Below are positions 21,362 to 34,809 of a stretch of DNA of 64,000 bases, in pieces. The first letter of the stretch is position 1. The number at the start of each line of letters is the position of its first letter. The stretch is from Cyanophora paradoxa CCMP329 (lineage: Eukaryota > Plantae > Glaucophyta): assembly GCA_004431415.1 (NCBI GenBank), contig QPMI01000496.1, positions 310,001 to 374,000 on the forward strand, written 5' to 3'. The position numbers and the translations under genes were made by a program. The notes beneath the pieces were generated by a model. It was not told the DNA's origin, ran no database searches, and saw nothing but the letters and a program-made list of their open reading frames with translations.

Positions 21362-22692
21362 ATGAAGTCGAAGATCCTCGCCGCGCTGCTCGTCGCCTTC
21401 TGCGGCGTCGCGCTCGCCGGCACTGCAGTGCTGACGCCAACGACTCTGAACCCGATCCCCATCGCCGAGCGAATCGTACGCGGCGCCGGCGTCGGCGCCG
21501 GCCTCTTCTTTCGCGGGGTTTTCGCTTCTTAAGCTCGCGATCACCCCGCAGGCGAATTCTGTGCACCAGACTTTGAGCGCTGACGGGATCGCGGGTGCGA
21601 TCGAATTTAGATTACCGTAGCACCTGAGCGCGGCGGCAATGGCAAGCTCGAGACGCTTATAAAAATAAGCACGCAACGCCGTGTGCGAAGACTGAATTTT
21701 CCGGCAGTCGCGAACGCCGCGACGGCCGCGGCGGGCGCTGCAGACTTGGCGCTGAACGACCAGCAAGCCGCAGCAATCGCTCTCGCCGCCGGGCAAGTGT
21801 GGGAGGCGACCTCGATCGCGGGCCGCTTCGCTGCTAACATCGCGGACGCCGCCGTGGTCGCCGCTGGGGTGCGCCGACGGCGTTGTGACCGCCTGTAAAA
21901 TTGATCGGGCTCGCAGGTTCGCCGCGGAGAGCTTCGTCAGACGATCGACACTGTCACGCGTTTCGGCGAGGTCTCGTCCCTTCGAATTCAAATTTCGCAG
22001 CCAGGCGCCGCTGCGAAATTTAATTTATCTATCTTCCGTTGATCATGAGGGGCTTCAATTTGCAGTCGATCCTCGCGGCGGTCGAGGCGGGCCAGCGCGC
22101 GACGATCGCAGCCCGCACCGAGGCATTCGCGCGCGCCACACAGGGCGAGGGCTTGACCGCAGCGCTGGTCCGAAATCGCGTGCGCTTCGAGATCTCGATC
22201 GAATTCTGATCATGAGCGCGCGCGGCGCCGCGCCGCAGGGCGAGCAAGTCGCGAACGCGACGGCGACGCAGATCGCGTACGGGGCCGGCTCGGCGGCCGC
22301 CTGGGCCACCGTCCTGGCCCTCACCCCTGAGGTCTACTCTTGCATTTGCATGAATTTAAATTGCATGAATCTAAATTTCAATTTTGCGCTCTCGATCGTG
22401 ATCGATATCATGATCATGATCTAGCGCATTTTCCTTTTGGACGTCGACCTTCCTGCGCGGCGCAGGGGCCGGGCACGGCCTAGGCATAATCCGGATTCTC
22501 GCCGCAGGGGACGGCCCCAGCGTCTGGCGGTGGAGCCCCGGCGACCGCCCCTTCAACTGGCACCGGTACCGGACCGGCACCGTCGGCAGCTCCGGCCGGA
22601 GGCACCGGCGGCGTCGGCAGCGCCCCTCCCCGCCGCCACTTCCTCTAGACTCTCGGTGGAAGGACCGCCGGCCGGGCCCGTGCAGCTCGTGA
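21362..22692 (+). CDS. Secreted Ala-rich hypothetical protein, multi-exon
   Basis: MKSKILAALLVAFCGVALA signal peptide followed by short exons with GTACGC/GTGCGA donors; 3' end uncertain. Confidence 0.55.
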
Positions 22693-22928
22693 TCAGCGCT
22701 AGCGGCTGCAGACAGACTGTCGTACAATATATATTAACATTCATAGCATCGTAAATTCAATAACGCGAAAAACAACAGACTCATGATCAATTAATTGATA
22801 TCGATTAAAGAAAGAAAGAAAGAAAGAAAGAAAGAGAGAGCGTGCAGCTCGTCACGGCGTCCTGGGTCAGAGGACGTCGACCCCCGAAGAGGGGGCCGGG
22901 GGCCCGGGCCGGCCGGTTGGGCGGGGCC

Positions 22929-23600
22929 CTAGTCGACGAGGCGGAACCCGAAGGCGCCGGCGAGGGTCGCGGAGCCGGGCGCGGTCTTCACGTAGAGGTC
23001 CAGCGTGTCCGAGCGCCGCATGCGGGCCGACGAGAGGTCCACCGTCCCCCGGAACGTCCCCGGAGCCACCTGCCGGCGCCTCAGATGGAGCAGACCCGAG
23101 CGGATCGGGGCGGATCGGAGCCTCGGAGCGCACCTGGGGGATGGGCTCGACGTCGTCGGAGCCGAGGGGCCCTTGCTCCGTCGTGAGGCTCGCCGCGTGC
23201 ACGCTCCCCTCGAACTCGTCCGTCACGACGAACTGCGAACAAAGCGGGGGGGGGGGGGGGGGGGGGGAGGGGCCCAGGGGCCGAGGGCGGAGCGGGGCAC
23301 CTCGAATGCCACGGGCCGGCGGCGCGAGAGCTCGCGGCCGAGGGGGAAGACGAGGAAGAGGCCTCTCCGGCCGGCCCTGGTTCCGGCGCCGGAGCAGCTA
23401 TCCCTCGAATTCCGCTGCATCCGATGATCATGGATGGCTGCAACGCTGGTGGCTCCAGCTCCCGACGCCCCTCAGGGCCTTCAGTTCCGATCCCGTCGCT
23501 GGTTACGACGCGGAGCAGCTCGAGCCGCACGTCGAGGCCCACTTCGGAGGCCTGGCCCCGGCCCGGCCAGCCGCGGAAGGCAAGGAGCGGCGCTCTCGCA
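22929..23600 (-). CDS. Hypothetical protein, multi-exon (start uncertain)
   Basis: Exon-like segments FVVTDEFEGSVH... and VAPGTFRGTVDL...GFRLVD* with splice signals. Confidence 0.35.
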
Positions 23601-23765
23601 ATCGGACCGCGTGTTCCTCGGTTTAAAAAGTATGAACAGGCTCGCCCTGCGTCCCCGCGAATTCGAGGCTCTCCCCCCAGTATGAGACAAGGGTGCGATC
23701 ATCAGTAGAAACAAGCATGAACAAGAAGCATGGAGACCGCCGACGGGGGACAAGGGGCGGGGCGG

Positions 23766-25097
23766 CTACGCGAGGGGGTCCTTCTTGGGGGTGGTGGCGG
23801 GGTGCGAGTCGAGGGCCCCCGTCTGAGTCAGGTGCTCGTACAGCGTCAGCGCGAACAGCGACTTCGCGTCCGGCGTCGACCTGTACCCCCTCCCCCGAGG
23901 GACAGATCAGGAAAGGCTGTACCCCGCCGGAGGCTGTACCCCCATGCTTCGTGCGCACCGCCAGAGATCGTCGAGGGGGATGATCTTGAGCGTGATCGAC
24001 TCGTTCTCGTCCAGGCAGCCTGCGTGGAGGACGGATGGTCGAGGACAGGTGGGGGGTACGCGACGAATCGCGGAGGGGGGCGGGGACGGCGTACCCGTGA
24101 GGCGCCCCTCGAGCTCAGTGATCTTGGCGCGGGGGAGGGTTTCCCGGTACAGGAACACGCGGATGAACTCGTCGCAGCCGCCGGGGCTACCGCAAACGAG
24201 TTCAGGGACGAGGGGGGTACGGCGCCGGGCCGGAGAAGAGGGCTCGCCTGGGGAAGATTCCGCTCCAGGCGCCCTTGGAGGCGAGCTTCGTCAGGTCGAT
24301 CATCTTCTCGGCGTGCACCGTGATGCCCGTCTCCTCCTGCATCCTGCGGCGGCGGCGTGGGCGCCAGGGGCGGGGCGCGCGGGTTCGAATCCAGGCGCCG
24401 CGCACTCCTTGGCCGCCACGCCGGCGAAGTTGCCGGAGCCGTCGAGCATGCCTGGGAGGGCGTACCCCTTTGGCTTTGGCGGGGGTACGCGAATCGAGGC
24501 TCGGGGGGGTACCGGCGGGGATCTCGAGGAAGTTGGCGACGCCGATGGGCACGCGGGGCTGGACGGTCATCAGGGTGTACTTCTTGCCGTCCTCGGCGCA
24601 CTTGAGAATGACGAGGATCGCCACGGAGCCGCCGCGCGCGAAGACGATGCCCGGCGCGGGCTTCCCGTTGGTCGTGTTGATGACCTCGGCCTTGAACTTG
24701 ATGAAGCTGCCGCGGGCGGCGTGAGGCGGGGCGTACGCGGGGGCGCCGACCCACAAAGGGCCGCTGGATGCCACGGGATGCCGCTCGGAGCGGCGCTGCG
24801 CCGGAGGCGGCCGCACCCGATGATGTTGTGCCCGAACACGTCGACCGACTGAATGTGCACGCTCTTCACCTCCAGGGTCTTCTCGTTCTCCATCCGCCTA
24901 ACCCAGTCCACAAGGCTTGCGGTCTCAAGGATACGCTTCGGCTCGACATCGATGCCCGGCGCTAGGGTCACAGGAACCTGCGGCGAGCTAGGTCGGCCGA
25001 GGTGGGCCGGCGGGCACGGCTCCAACCGGCCCGCTCGTACTGGCAAGCGGCGCACCTGCTTCCCACGGATTGCGACGCTCAAGGCGGAAGCCGACAT
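23766..25097 (-). CDS. Nudix hydrolase, plant NUDT14/ADP-sugar pyrophosphatase-like, multi-exon
   Basis: IQSVDVFG..IGFIKFKA..PGIVFARGGSVAIL..QPRVPIG..LEIPAGMLDGSGNFAGVAAKEMQEETG..SPGGCDEFI..DAKSL. Confidence 0.88.
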
Positions 25098-25276
25098 GGT
25101 TCGAGGCGGGAGCTTTGCTGGTGCGGTGGTAGATACTCGCGCGAATGTGCGGAGAGCGAGGCGGAACGTTGCTGCTGCGCGGGCGACCCGGTGACCCCCT
25201 GGTTTTGCCTTCGCTTCTCGTAGCTCTACCCGTCCAGAAAAAAAGAGCCGAAAGAGGACGGCAAGCAGCCGCCGCG

Positions 25277-28200
25277 ATGGCGAACATGTGAGTGGCCACA
25301 CCGCGCTAGGCAGCGCGCAGGCGGCGTCTGACCCGCGGCCGCCCGCAGAACGTACGACGTGCTATGGCGGGAGGCCATGACGGACCTGCTCGACCAGATG
25401 GAGACAGAGTCTCCGGAGGACCCGAGCCTTATCCTCACGGTGCGCCCGGGCCGCCGCCGCGCCGCCGGCTCGCGCTCTCCGCGCACGCGTAGCTAACGCA
25501 GCCGGCGGCGCGAGCAGACGCACTCCGACAAGCAGGAGGTGTTCCAGCACCTCGCCTGCCTGTACATCCGCTACATCCAGATCTTCAGCAAGCTGGAGGA
25601 GTGCTACGATCAAATCCTGCACCCGCAGAAGCGAGCGGACATCCGAAAGATCCTAGAATCCACCATGGGCCGCATCCTTGAGATCAAGGACGTGCGCGCT
25701 CTCCCTCCGCGCCCTCCCGCCGCGCCCCGCCCCGCCGCGGCGCTCCCGGCGCGGGAAGCTCACCGGGGCACGGCGGCGGGGCGCAGCAACTGGTGCAGAA
25801 CCAGAAGACGGAGTACATCAACCTGGACGACATCCTGGTGGACCTTAAGCTGCAGCCGGACGTGCTCGAGCTGCCCATCCCCCACTACTTCATCGAGGAG
25901 CGCAAGAAGGAGCTCGAGGACCGCGAGCGGCTCATGGCGCGCCCGCCCCGCCCCGCCCCGCCCCCGCGCGCTCGCTCCGCCGCTGACCGCCGCTCTGGAG
26001 CGCAGGCGGCTCTGATGACGCAGGCGGGGATACGGGACCCGACGACGGTCCCGCCGGCGCCGCGGGGCTACGTGGGGCCCGAGCTCTCCGTGGAGCAGGC
26101 GATCCGCATCATCCAGGTCAACGAGCGCGGCCGGCAGGGGCGCCAGCGCGCCAAGCTCACCCGCGAGATCCGGAGGCGAGCTCGCCCCTCTTACCCCCGC
26201 TTGCCACCCCGCCTTGACTCCTCCTTTTCCCGCAGGGAAGAGGAGCGGGAGCAGCGGCACGCGGAGATCGGCGACCTGGAGGCCGACCCCGACCTCGCCG
26301 CCATCACCATCCAGAAGAAGTGCGCCCGTACCCCTCCCGGCAGACTCCGGGGGTAGAGGCCGACGCCGGCGCCGCAGCTTCCGCGGGTTCATCGCGCGGA
26401 AGAAGGTCGACGTCATGCGCGAGGAGGAGCTCGTCTTCCTCGGTGCGGCGTACCCCCCTGCCCCCGCGCCGTTCCGCCCCGGAAGCGTACCCCGACGCCC
26501 CTCGTCCCCCCAAGGGATGGCGCCGCCGAAGCGGCCGGAGCCGGAGCACGACCCGATACTCAAGATGGAGAAGAACAAGGTGAGGGGGTGGTCGTCCAGG
26601 GGTACGGCCCGCCGCGGGCCGCCCGCCTGACGCGTGCCGGGGGGTACAGTCGAGGAGGAAACACGACCAGGAGCAGCACGGGAGGGAGTTCGACGACGGG
26701 ATCAACGCCCTGCGGCGCAAGTGCGGGCGCCCTCCTCCTCACCCCGCCCCCCGCCCCCCGCCCCCCGCCTCGCCCCGCCCAACGCGGGCAGGATGTACGA
26801 GCTGGAGGGCCCGGACATCCGCGACGCGATGCAGGACAAGATCCGCCAGTGGTTCATCGCCACCCGCGAGGCCCGCCCCCGGCCCCGGCCCCCTCGGCCC
26901 GCTCCCTTGCTCCTTCGCCTCGCCTGAGAGGCCGCCCCCGGGGGCGCGCCGCGCAGGCGACGGGCCAGTTCCCGGAGTACCCGCCGCGGGAGGAGGGCGG
27001 CTCGCTGGAGATCCTGCACCCCCCTCCGCCCCTGACAGCCGAGGAGCTTGCCGACCTCGCCCGCAAGAAGGAGGAGGGTGCCTCTTCCCTCCCCCCTTCC
27101 TCCCCTGCCCCCAGAGCCCGTCTCACGCCCCGCCCCGCCCCGCCCCGCCTTTTTGCCTGCAGAGGAGCTGGCGGCGAAGGGCAAGGGCAAGGGCGGCGCC
27201 AAGGGCGACTCGAAGGGCAAGGGTTCGCCCCCCTTCCCGCGCCGCCGCACCCGCCGCCGCCTCCAAAGATCGCTTCTTCGCTACCGCCGCCTCCGATGCC
27301 GACACGGGGCGGGGCGGGGCGGGCAGGCAAGGGGAAGGGCAAGGGCAAGGGGAAGGGCAAGGGGGAGCCGGAGGAGGAGGACACGGGGCCGAAGCCCCTC
27401 CCCGCCTTCTGGGTCCCCTTCGTCCAGCAGGGGTGCGCCCACGCCACCCCGCCCCGCCCCGCCCTCCTCGGCGTCTGACGGGGGCGCTCTGCGGCGGGCA
27501 GGATCACGCAGTACTGCAAGGTGTGGCAGGACCGGGACGAGTCGTGGAACGTGGCGCAGAAGCACGACCCCGAGCTCGTCAAGGAGGGCCTCCGCCCCGA
27601 GCTCGAGGAGGAGGTCCCCGGGGCGGGGGGGGGTACAGGGCGACGAGGGGGGCTGACGCCGGGGCCCGCACACGCACCGCAGATCCGGCTCCAGGTGGAC
27701 GAGGCGATGCGCGTCGAGCTCGAGAACCTCAAGCTCGCCGTCGTGCGCACCACCGCCCCCCACTGACCCGCCCCGCCCCGCTGTCTCACGGGGGCGGCAG
27801 GAGCGGGCCAAGGCGCGGGCCTCGGGGAAGAAGGGCAAGAAGGGCAAGCCCAAGAAGAAGAAGGTCCGTCCGCTGCTCGGACCCCTTACTTCGATGGGAG
27901 CGGGTCCTGATGGGGACGGCGTGCCGGGCGGGGCAGGACAAGAAGAAGAAGGAGAAGGGGAAGAAGGGGAAGAAGGACCCGACGGCGAACCGCTCCATCG
28001 AATCCCTCTTCGCGGAGCTCATCGGCAACGGCATCGTCCAGAAGGCGCGGCCGTGCCCCCGCCCGCCCCAGCAAGGTCCCCGCTCGCCTCACCTTCGTTC
28101 TCCCGCCCCCCGCAGCACCCGCGGGTGTTCCTGAAGGAGCTCGTCGGCGAGTTCAACTACCTCGGCTCCACCCTCGAGAAGGTCCTTTCCGTTTCCCGGC

Positions 28201-30190
28201 AGAAGAGTGTCTCGACGTAGGCGCGGCGCGCGGCTAGCTGCACTCCCGGGCGCTGCTGCTCCTGGAAGCAAGGCATAGAAACGGGGGTGTGTGGGGGGGG
28301 GGGGGGGGAGGGGGGGGGGGGGGGGAAGGAAGACCTCGAGCTGTGGGGCCGCGCCCGCCGCTCCTGTCCGAGGCCTCCTGTCCTCCTGCCTGACGCCGCG
28401 GCGCCCCGGGCCGCTCCCCCGCGCAGGCGAAGATCACGCCGGACCCCTCCATCGCCCAGATCCGCCAGGTCGCCTCCGAGTTCGCCATCCTGCCCCTCGG
28501 CTCCCAGGTCCGCACCCGTACCCCTCGCGGTGCCCGCCCCCTCTTCTCTTCATCTCATCCTGCCCCCCCTTCCTTTCCTCCCCCCAGTTCGTGCACGAGA
28601 ACACGCCGCTTATCAACTCTGTCCTCCTCTACGGCGCGAGGTGCTCCAACCCACCTGAGCCCCGATCCCGAGCCCCCCGCCTCACCTGAGCGGATTCCTC
28701 CCCCCAAAAATACAGCGGGACGGGTAAGACGATGCTGGCGCACTCGGTGGCGACGGAGACGGGGTCCGTCTTCATGAACCTGAGCCCCAAGGCGCGCCCC
28801 CGTACCCCCTCCCGGCCGCCTCTACCCCCATCCAGCCGTCCCTCGGCCGTCCTGGTCCGCTTCCCTATCTCATCCGGGCCCGGGCAGAACACGGACGGGA
28901 AGTACCCCGGGAAGCAGGCCTCCCTCATGCTCCACATCGTCTTCAAGGCGCGGCGCACCTCTCTCCGCTCCCGTGCCCCCGGCCCCGATCGAGCGCGTAC
29001 CCCCCGCAGGTGGCGAAGGCGATGGCGCCGGCGGTCATCTACATCGACGACTGCGAGGCGAGCGGGGCGGGGGCGAAGCCGAGCCGAGCCGCGGGGAGCG
29101 TCTGGCTGACCCGCGCGGCCCTGGCAGATGGTGTTCAGCTCGGAGAAGAAGAAGAAGGGGGGCGCGGCGGGGGGCCTCACGGAGCCGGCGAACCGCATCA
29201 AGAAGGAGCTCCTCGCCCAGATGAAGGACCTCACCAAGGTGCGGCGCGGGGCGGGCCGCGCGGGGCAGGGCGGGATAGGCTGCGGAGGGGCCTGGAGGGG
29301 CCAGCAGCTTGCCCTGCGGGCGGAAGCCACGCGTGTGCGAGGGCGCCCTGCCGACGACGGCTTCCTCCCCCCCGCGCAGGAGCACCGGGTGCTGGTGCTG
29401 GGGAACACCCGCGAGCCCTGGAACCTCTCCGCCTCCGACACCAAGGTACCCCTCCCCGGCACCCGTACCCGGGGCCGCCGGTGCTGCGCTAACGCCGTAC
29501 CCCCCCCCCGGCAGGCGGTCGTGAACTTCTTCGGGAAGATCATATTCCTCCCCCGGCCCGACTACGCCTCCCGGCAGCTCCTCTGGCGGGTCCGTCCGTT
29601 CGTTCGCTCGTTCGCGCGCGTACCCCCCTGACTTGGTTCATGGCTTGACTCGGTTTGGCGGCGGCAGACGCTCATTGAGAAGGCGGGGGCGCCTGTCGGG
29701 GACAAGTTGGACCTGGAGACCCTGGCCCACATTTCGGAGGGGTACTCCGCAGGCTGCGTGCGCCAGCGCCCGAACCCGAGCCCCAGCGACTTCTCCCCCC
29801 GCCCCCCGAACTCACGGGGGTACCCAGATATCCGACGCGGTTCGGATGGTCCTAACGAAGCGGCGCCTGCAGACGGCGCGCCCGCGCCCGCCTCCCTACC
29901 CCCACCGCCTCGCCTTCCCGATACCCCCCGCAGGCCGCCAAGCGACCGCTGACCTGCACCGAGTTCCTATACCCCCTGGCCAAGATGGAGCCGATCTACG
30001 CGAAGGAGGACGAGCAGTTCCGGGTACGACGCTCGAGCCGCCGGGCTTTGGTACCCCGCCCGCCGGCCTCTGAGGCGCGCCGCAGAATTGGACGAACTCG
30101 CTTAAGCCGCCCCCGGTGGACCCCGCGGCCGCGGCGGAGGCGGCCAAGGGCAAGGGCAAGGGCAAGGGTAAGGGCAAGGCGAAGAAGTGA
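25277..30190 (+). CDS. IQCA1: IQ and AAA domain-containing protein / dynein regulatory complex subunit 11 (~29 introns)
   Basis: [13 protein letters not shown]..., [28 protein letters not shown] motifs, [12 protein letters not shown], Walker [26 protein letters not shown]. Confidence 0.93.
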
Positions 30191-30631
30191 GGAGTGCGCG
30201 TAGGCTCTCGACCCCCGGCACGGCGTCCCGCCTTCGGCCGCCGCACCAGCCCCGACCCCACCCGTCCCACGCGCCGCGATCCCTCGCCGCAGCCCGCTAG
30301 CCGTAGTACAGGACTCTGCTACTTGTCAGAACCGATGAACGCGTCGATGCGCCTCTGCACCGCAGTACTGCGCGAGCTCGCGATCGAGCACTGCACCTCG
30401 AACTGAGTGCATCACTAGTACTGTGCATGTGATTGCTGCAGCTCGAATTCGAACTTGTCCTCAAGCTTAAGTTGGCGAACGAAGGCTTGAAAGGGGTACA
30501 GCGCTTCGCAAGGCCAGCCGGCGAGGAAGATGAGCTAGGTTGGCAGCGCAGCTGCGTTTCAAGCTCGCCTATCGTGTGGCAGTACCTATTGAGGAGCACA
30601 GCGATCGCCTGGCCGCCCCCCCGGAGTCGCC

Positions 30632-33600
30632 ATGAACAGCTCGAAGAAGGCGAAAAAACCGGGGAGCGGCGGGTCTAAGAAAGCGTCGAGTAGCAAGAAG
30701 ACGCAGGTTCGCGCTACCGCAGGTCGCGCGCGCGGCCCCCTGCCGCCCCCATCGTGCGGCCGAGCGAGTCGGCGTTCGCACTGACCGTGGGCGGTCCCCA
30801 GGATGGCGCGCTTCTGTACAACCCTGCCGCAACCACAGCACTTGATTCGGGCGCGCCCACTCCCGGATTCGACGGGCAGATTGGCGGGGCGTGGCTGCAG
30901 CAAGTCGTCGTCTTCCCAGGCAGCGTCTACATCCCGCAGGCGAGTATTGCGCAGTTGTGACCGGCTGAAAGTGAAGGGACACCTCCTGCCCGCCGGCGAT
31001 ACCGCCGGCCCGAATGTCGTCCTGCGTCGGCGAGCTGATGGCCCGCGCGGCGCCGCAGGTCGGAGATGTCGTAATGTACATGCGACAGGGCCACGAATGG
31101 CACCTGAAGACCTTCCCCGACAAGGAGTTGCCCCGCCCGTCGAAGCTTAACCTGCCTTACGAGCTGGAGTGTCGCGTGTCCGGTGCGAACGCGAGCGCTC
31201 GCTCGCCCCGCGCGCCGCCGGCAGCGCCGTCCCCGCCGATGCGATCCTTCGTCTCCAGACATGTCTTTCAAGCCCGACTTGAGCAAGAAGCTGACTTACG
31301 TGCACATCCGCCTTGACTACCTCGGTCCGAACTACGAGCCCGGCGATCGGGTGAGCGCGCCGGGGCGCCCGCCTCGCTCGCACGGCGAACCTCCCCTGCA
31401 GTTCTTCCCGTATCCGCCCCCCAACCCCAACGACCCCAACCAAGATCCCAGTCACTTCTCGTTCACGGTGCGCCCCGGCCGCCCGTGGCCGCCCGCGGCG
31501 GCGCGCCCCGCCGCTCAGCGCGCCCCGCGCAGGTGGCGTACCACTTCACGTCGCTCGCGGACTTCCTGATCCTAAAGAGCAAGTACGACTCGAGCATCAA
31601 CAAGTGGCGCGCGGGGATGCGATTCAGGTCCGCGCCGGCCCGCGCCGCCCTCCCCGCGGCGCGCGTCGAGTCCCGCGCAGCCAACCGTTCGACGTCGGCA
31701 CTTCGGAGGCGTCCTGGTACTCCGGAGTGGTATCCGCGTACCCCCCGCGCCGCCCCCGCCGCCGCCAACCGGCCGCAGGTCATGGAACGCTCCCCAACCG
31801 TCCCGAACAGCAGCTGGGAGTGCCTCAAGGTCCAGTGGTGCGCTCGCGCGTACCCCGATACGGCCTCGTACCCCGGGGGGCGAGCGGGCGGGGCGCAGGG
31901 ATGAGCCTCAGGCGGGCGACTACGAGCTGGCGCGCGTGAGCCCCTGGGAGATCGTGCCCTGGAGCGCGGAGCGAGTCGGCCCGTTCTACGCTCACGAGGC
32001 GAGCCGCGGACGCGCTCCTCCCCCTTGCGGCCCGGCCCGGCCCGCCCGCGTGAGTGACCGGCCGTGCCCCCCGCAGGAGCTCAAGCGGCGGGAGAAGTAC
32101 GACCCGCCCCCGCGCATGCACCCCGAGGGTGCGGCGATGCCTACCCCCCTTCGCCCTCCCCTCCCCCCTCCCCGCCCGACGCCGTACCCCCCGCAGACGA
32201 GGCGATCGCGATGGAGGTGATCGAGGACCTGCTGCAGCAGGCGCAGGCCGGGCCCTTCCTCGAGAAGGTCCGCCCGCGTACCCCTCCCCCGCCGGCCCAA
32301 TCCCCCCCTCCAAGAAGCTGATCGCGGGGCGCCCGCCGGAGCGCAGGTGGAGCTGCCGCTGTACCGGCAGACGATCGCGTGCCCGCTGGACCTCGGCATC
32401 GTCCGCCAGCGCCTCGCCGCCCACTACTACCGCCAGATCGACGTGCGCGCGTACCCCGCCTCCTCCCTCCCCCCCGCCCCCCTTCGAGCCGGGCGGCGGC
32501 GCGCAGGCCCTCCTCTTCGACCTCCACCACATCTTCATGCTCAACTGCCGGGCGGTGCGCGCGGGCCCCCCGACCCGCCCCGCGCCGCGCCCACTCCCCC
32601 CGCACCCGCCTCGCCGACTCGGGCGCCCGCCCGCGCAGTTCAACGACCACGCGTCCCTCATCGTGAAGGACGCCGAGCAGCTCTTCACCCACGTGCGCGG
32701 CTCTAGGGAAGGGGGGCGGGAGGGGTGGGGCGCGGGCGCTGAGCGCGGGGGCGGGGCGCAGTACAAGCGGACGCTGTGCACGCGGATATGGGCGAGGCGG
32801 CACAACAAGCAGGTCCAGATCGCGCCCTTCGCGGGGCGCCTCGCCGGCTCGCCCCGGCTGCCCCTCCCGCCCCTCCCCCAGATCGACTTCGCCCCCTCCT
32901 TCGCTGCCGCCCAGCAGTACGCCCCGCCGGCCGCCCCCGCCGGCCGCGCAGGCGGCAAGGCATCCTCCTCCAAGCTCTCCGGCGCCGCCGCCGCCTCCGC
33001 CGCCGCCGCCGCCAGCCGCAAGCGCGGCCGCCCCGGCAGCGGCCCGCCAAGCCCAGCAGCGCCTCTCCGCGCCCCGCGCCGGCGGCGGCGGCGGCGGGTA
33101 CCCGCCGCAGCCCTCGGCCGGGGGTACGGCGAGGACCTGGACGACGAGGCGGAGCTGGGGGAGGAGAGCCTGCGGGAGGTGCAGAGCCTCTTCGGGGCCG
33201 CCCCGGCCGGCCCGCCCTCGCACGGGCAGGGCCAGGGGCGGGGGGCGCGCCCGCCCTCCCCGCCCCCCAGCGACGAGGAGGCCTACGTCCAGTGGCTGGG
33301 GCGCCGCGACCGCCCCTGGGACCGGAGCCTACCCCCCGAGATCTTCGCCCCCGTGGGGGACGAGCCCAAGCGCGAGTACGTCGACGAGGACGACGACGAC
33401 GGATACGTACCCCCCGCCCGGCCCGGGCCCCGGCCCCGGCCCCGGCGCCCCGGGCACCCCCGGCCCCCGCCCCGGCCCCCGCCCCGGCCCGGCCGCCCGC
33501 CGCCCGGCCCCGGACCGCCCGCCGCCCGCCCCCGGGCCCGCCCGCCCTTCCCCGGCCGGCCCCGCGCGGCCCCCGCCGGCCGCGCCGGCGCACCCGCCGG

Positions 33601-34141
33601 CGCCGAAGCGCCCGCCGCCGGCGGCGGCAGCAGGGCGGGGGCGGGCAGTCGCAGCGGTCGCAGCGGGCGGCGCGGCACAAGTCGCAGCGGGAGGAGGAGG
33701 AGGATTGGGACGAGGAGGAGTCGGAGGCGGACAGCGACGACTCGGACTACCGCCCGAGAAGAAGAAGAAGAAGACCAAGGGCAAGGCCGCGCCCGGCTCG
33801 GCCCGCGGCCGCGGCCGCCCGCGCAAGGGCCCCGGCGGGCCGCCCCCGGGGCCCTCCCCTGGGCCACCAGGCGGCCCCTCGTACGCGCCGGCGCCCCGGG
33901 CGGCCACGGACACCTCGCCGCCGCCGCCCCGGGCCAGGCCTACCGCCCCGCCGCCCCCGGGGGGTACCACCAGCACCACCACCACCAGCAGCCGCAGCAC
34001 CAGCACCGGCCGGCCGGCGGCTACGGGGCCGCCCCCGCCTACGCGGCGCCGGGGGGGTACGGGGCCGCCGCCGCCGCGGGCAGCTACAACAGCGACGACG
34101 ACCTCAGCGATGACTACGACGATGACGTCAACATCATGTGA
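30632..34141 (+). CDS. BRWD/PHIP-like protein: ancillary domain plus bromodomain plus low-complexity tail, multi-exon
   Basis: YIPQ/VGDVVMYMRQGH, DFLILKSKYD, SSWECLKVQW, RVSPWEI; bromodomain AGPFLE..YRQTIACPLDL..RL...YYR..NC..FN. Confidence 0.82.
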
Positions 34142-34809
34142 GCTCGGCCGGGCCCGGCCGAGCGGCCTTTTTGAGCGATGCTCCGCTTTTTGGTGTGCCA
34201 GGCCCCAGCGGCCCGCCACAGGATCCATATCGCACTCTCACGATTCACCTAGTACAGCATACGCGTCTCAGATAGTCGAGGTGTTGCGCGCCCCGGCGCC
34301 CGTGCGCTGATCGATATATTGCAACGCGGAAATGAGATCAGAGTCTGCCGAGTGCTAGCTGTGCTGCACGTGCACGTGCACAGGCAAACAGACTGGCCCC
34401 TGTTTGCTGCACTAATCATGATGCAGAGATCTAGACAACGTTAAATATAACCTCAGATAGATTCACACACGCTTCGCATTACAAGTTACTAAACGCAGGC
34501 GGTACTAGAACAAGCAGGAGGCCCGATCGCGAGGAGGGGCAGAGATGCCATGATGGGAGAGGTAGGAGTGGCGGGGCGGGCGCCAGACCCCGCCCGACGC
34601 CGTCGAGGCCCATCGAAGACCCCGAGCATGCTGCAATCGTCTCGGCGCGGAGCCGCCGGCCCCTTCAGGGCCGCGCCCCCCCCTCGCCGCGACACCCGAG
34701 CGGGGCCTCGCCCGAGGCGCTGGCGCCCCCGGCAGCGCCGAGATTGCCGCCCGAGCCTCCCCCGCGGGCGGCCGGGGCCGCATCTCTCGGCCTCCCGGGC
34801 GGGGCGCGG

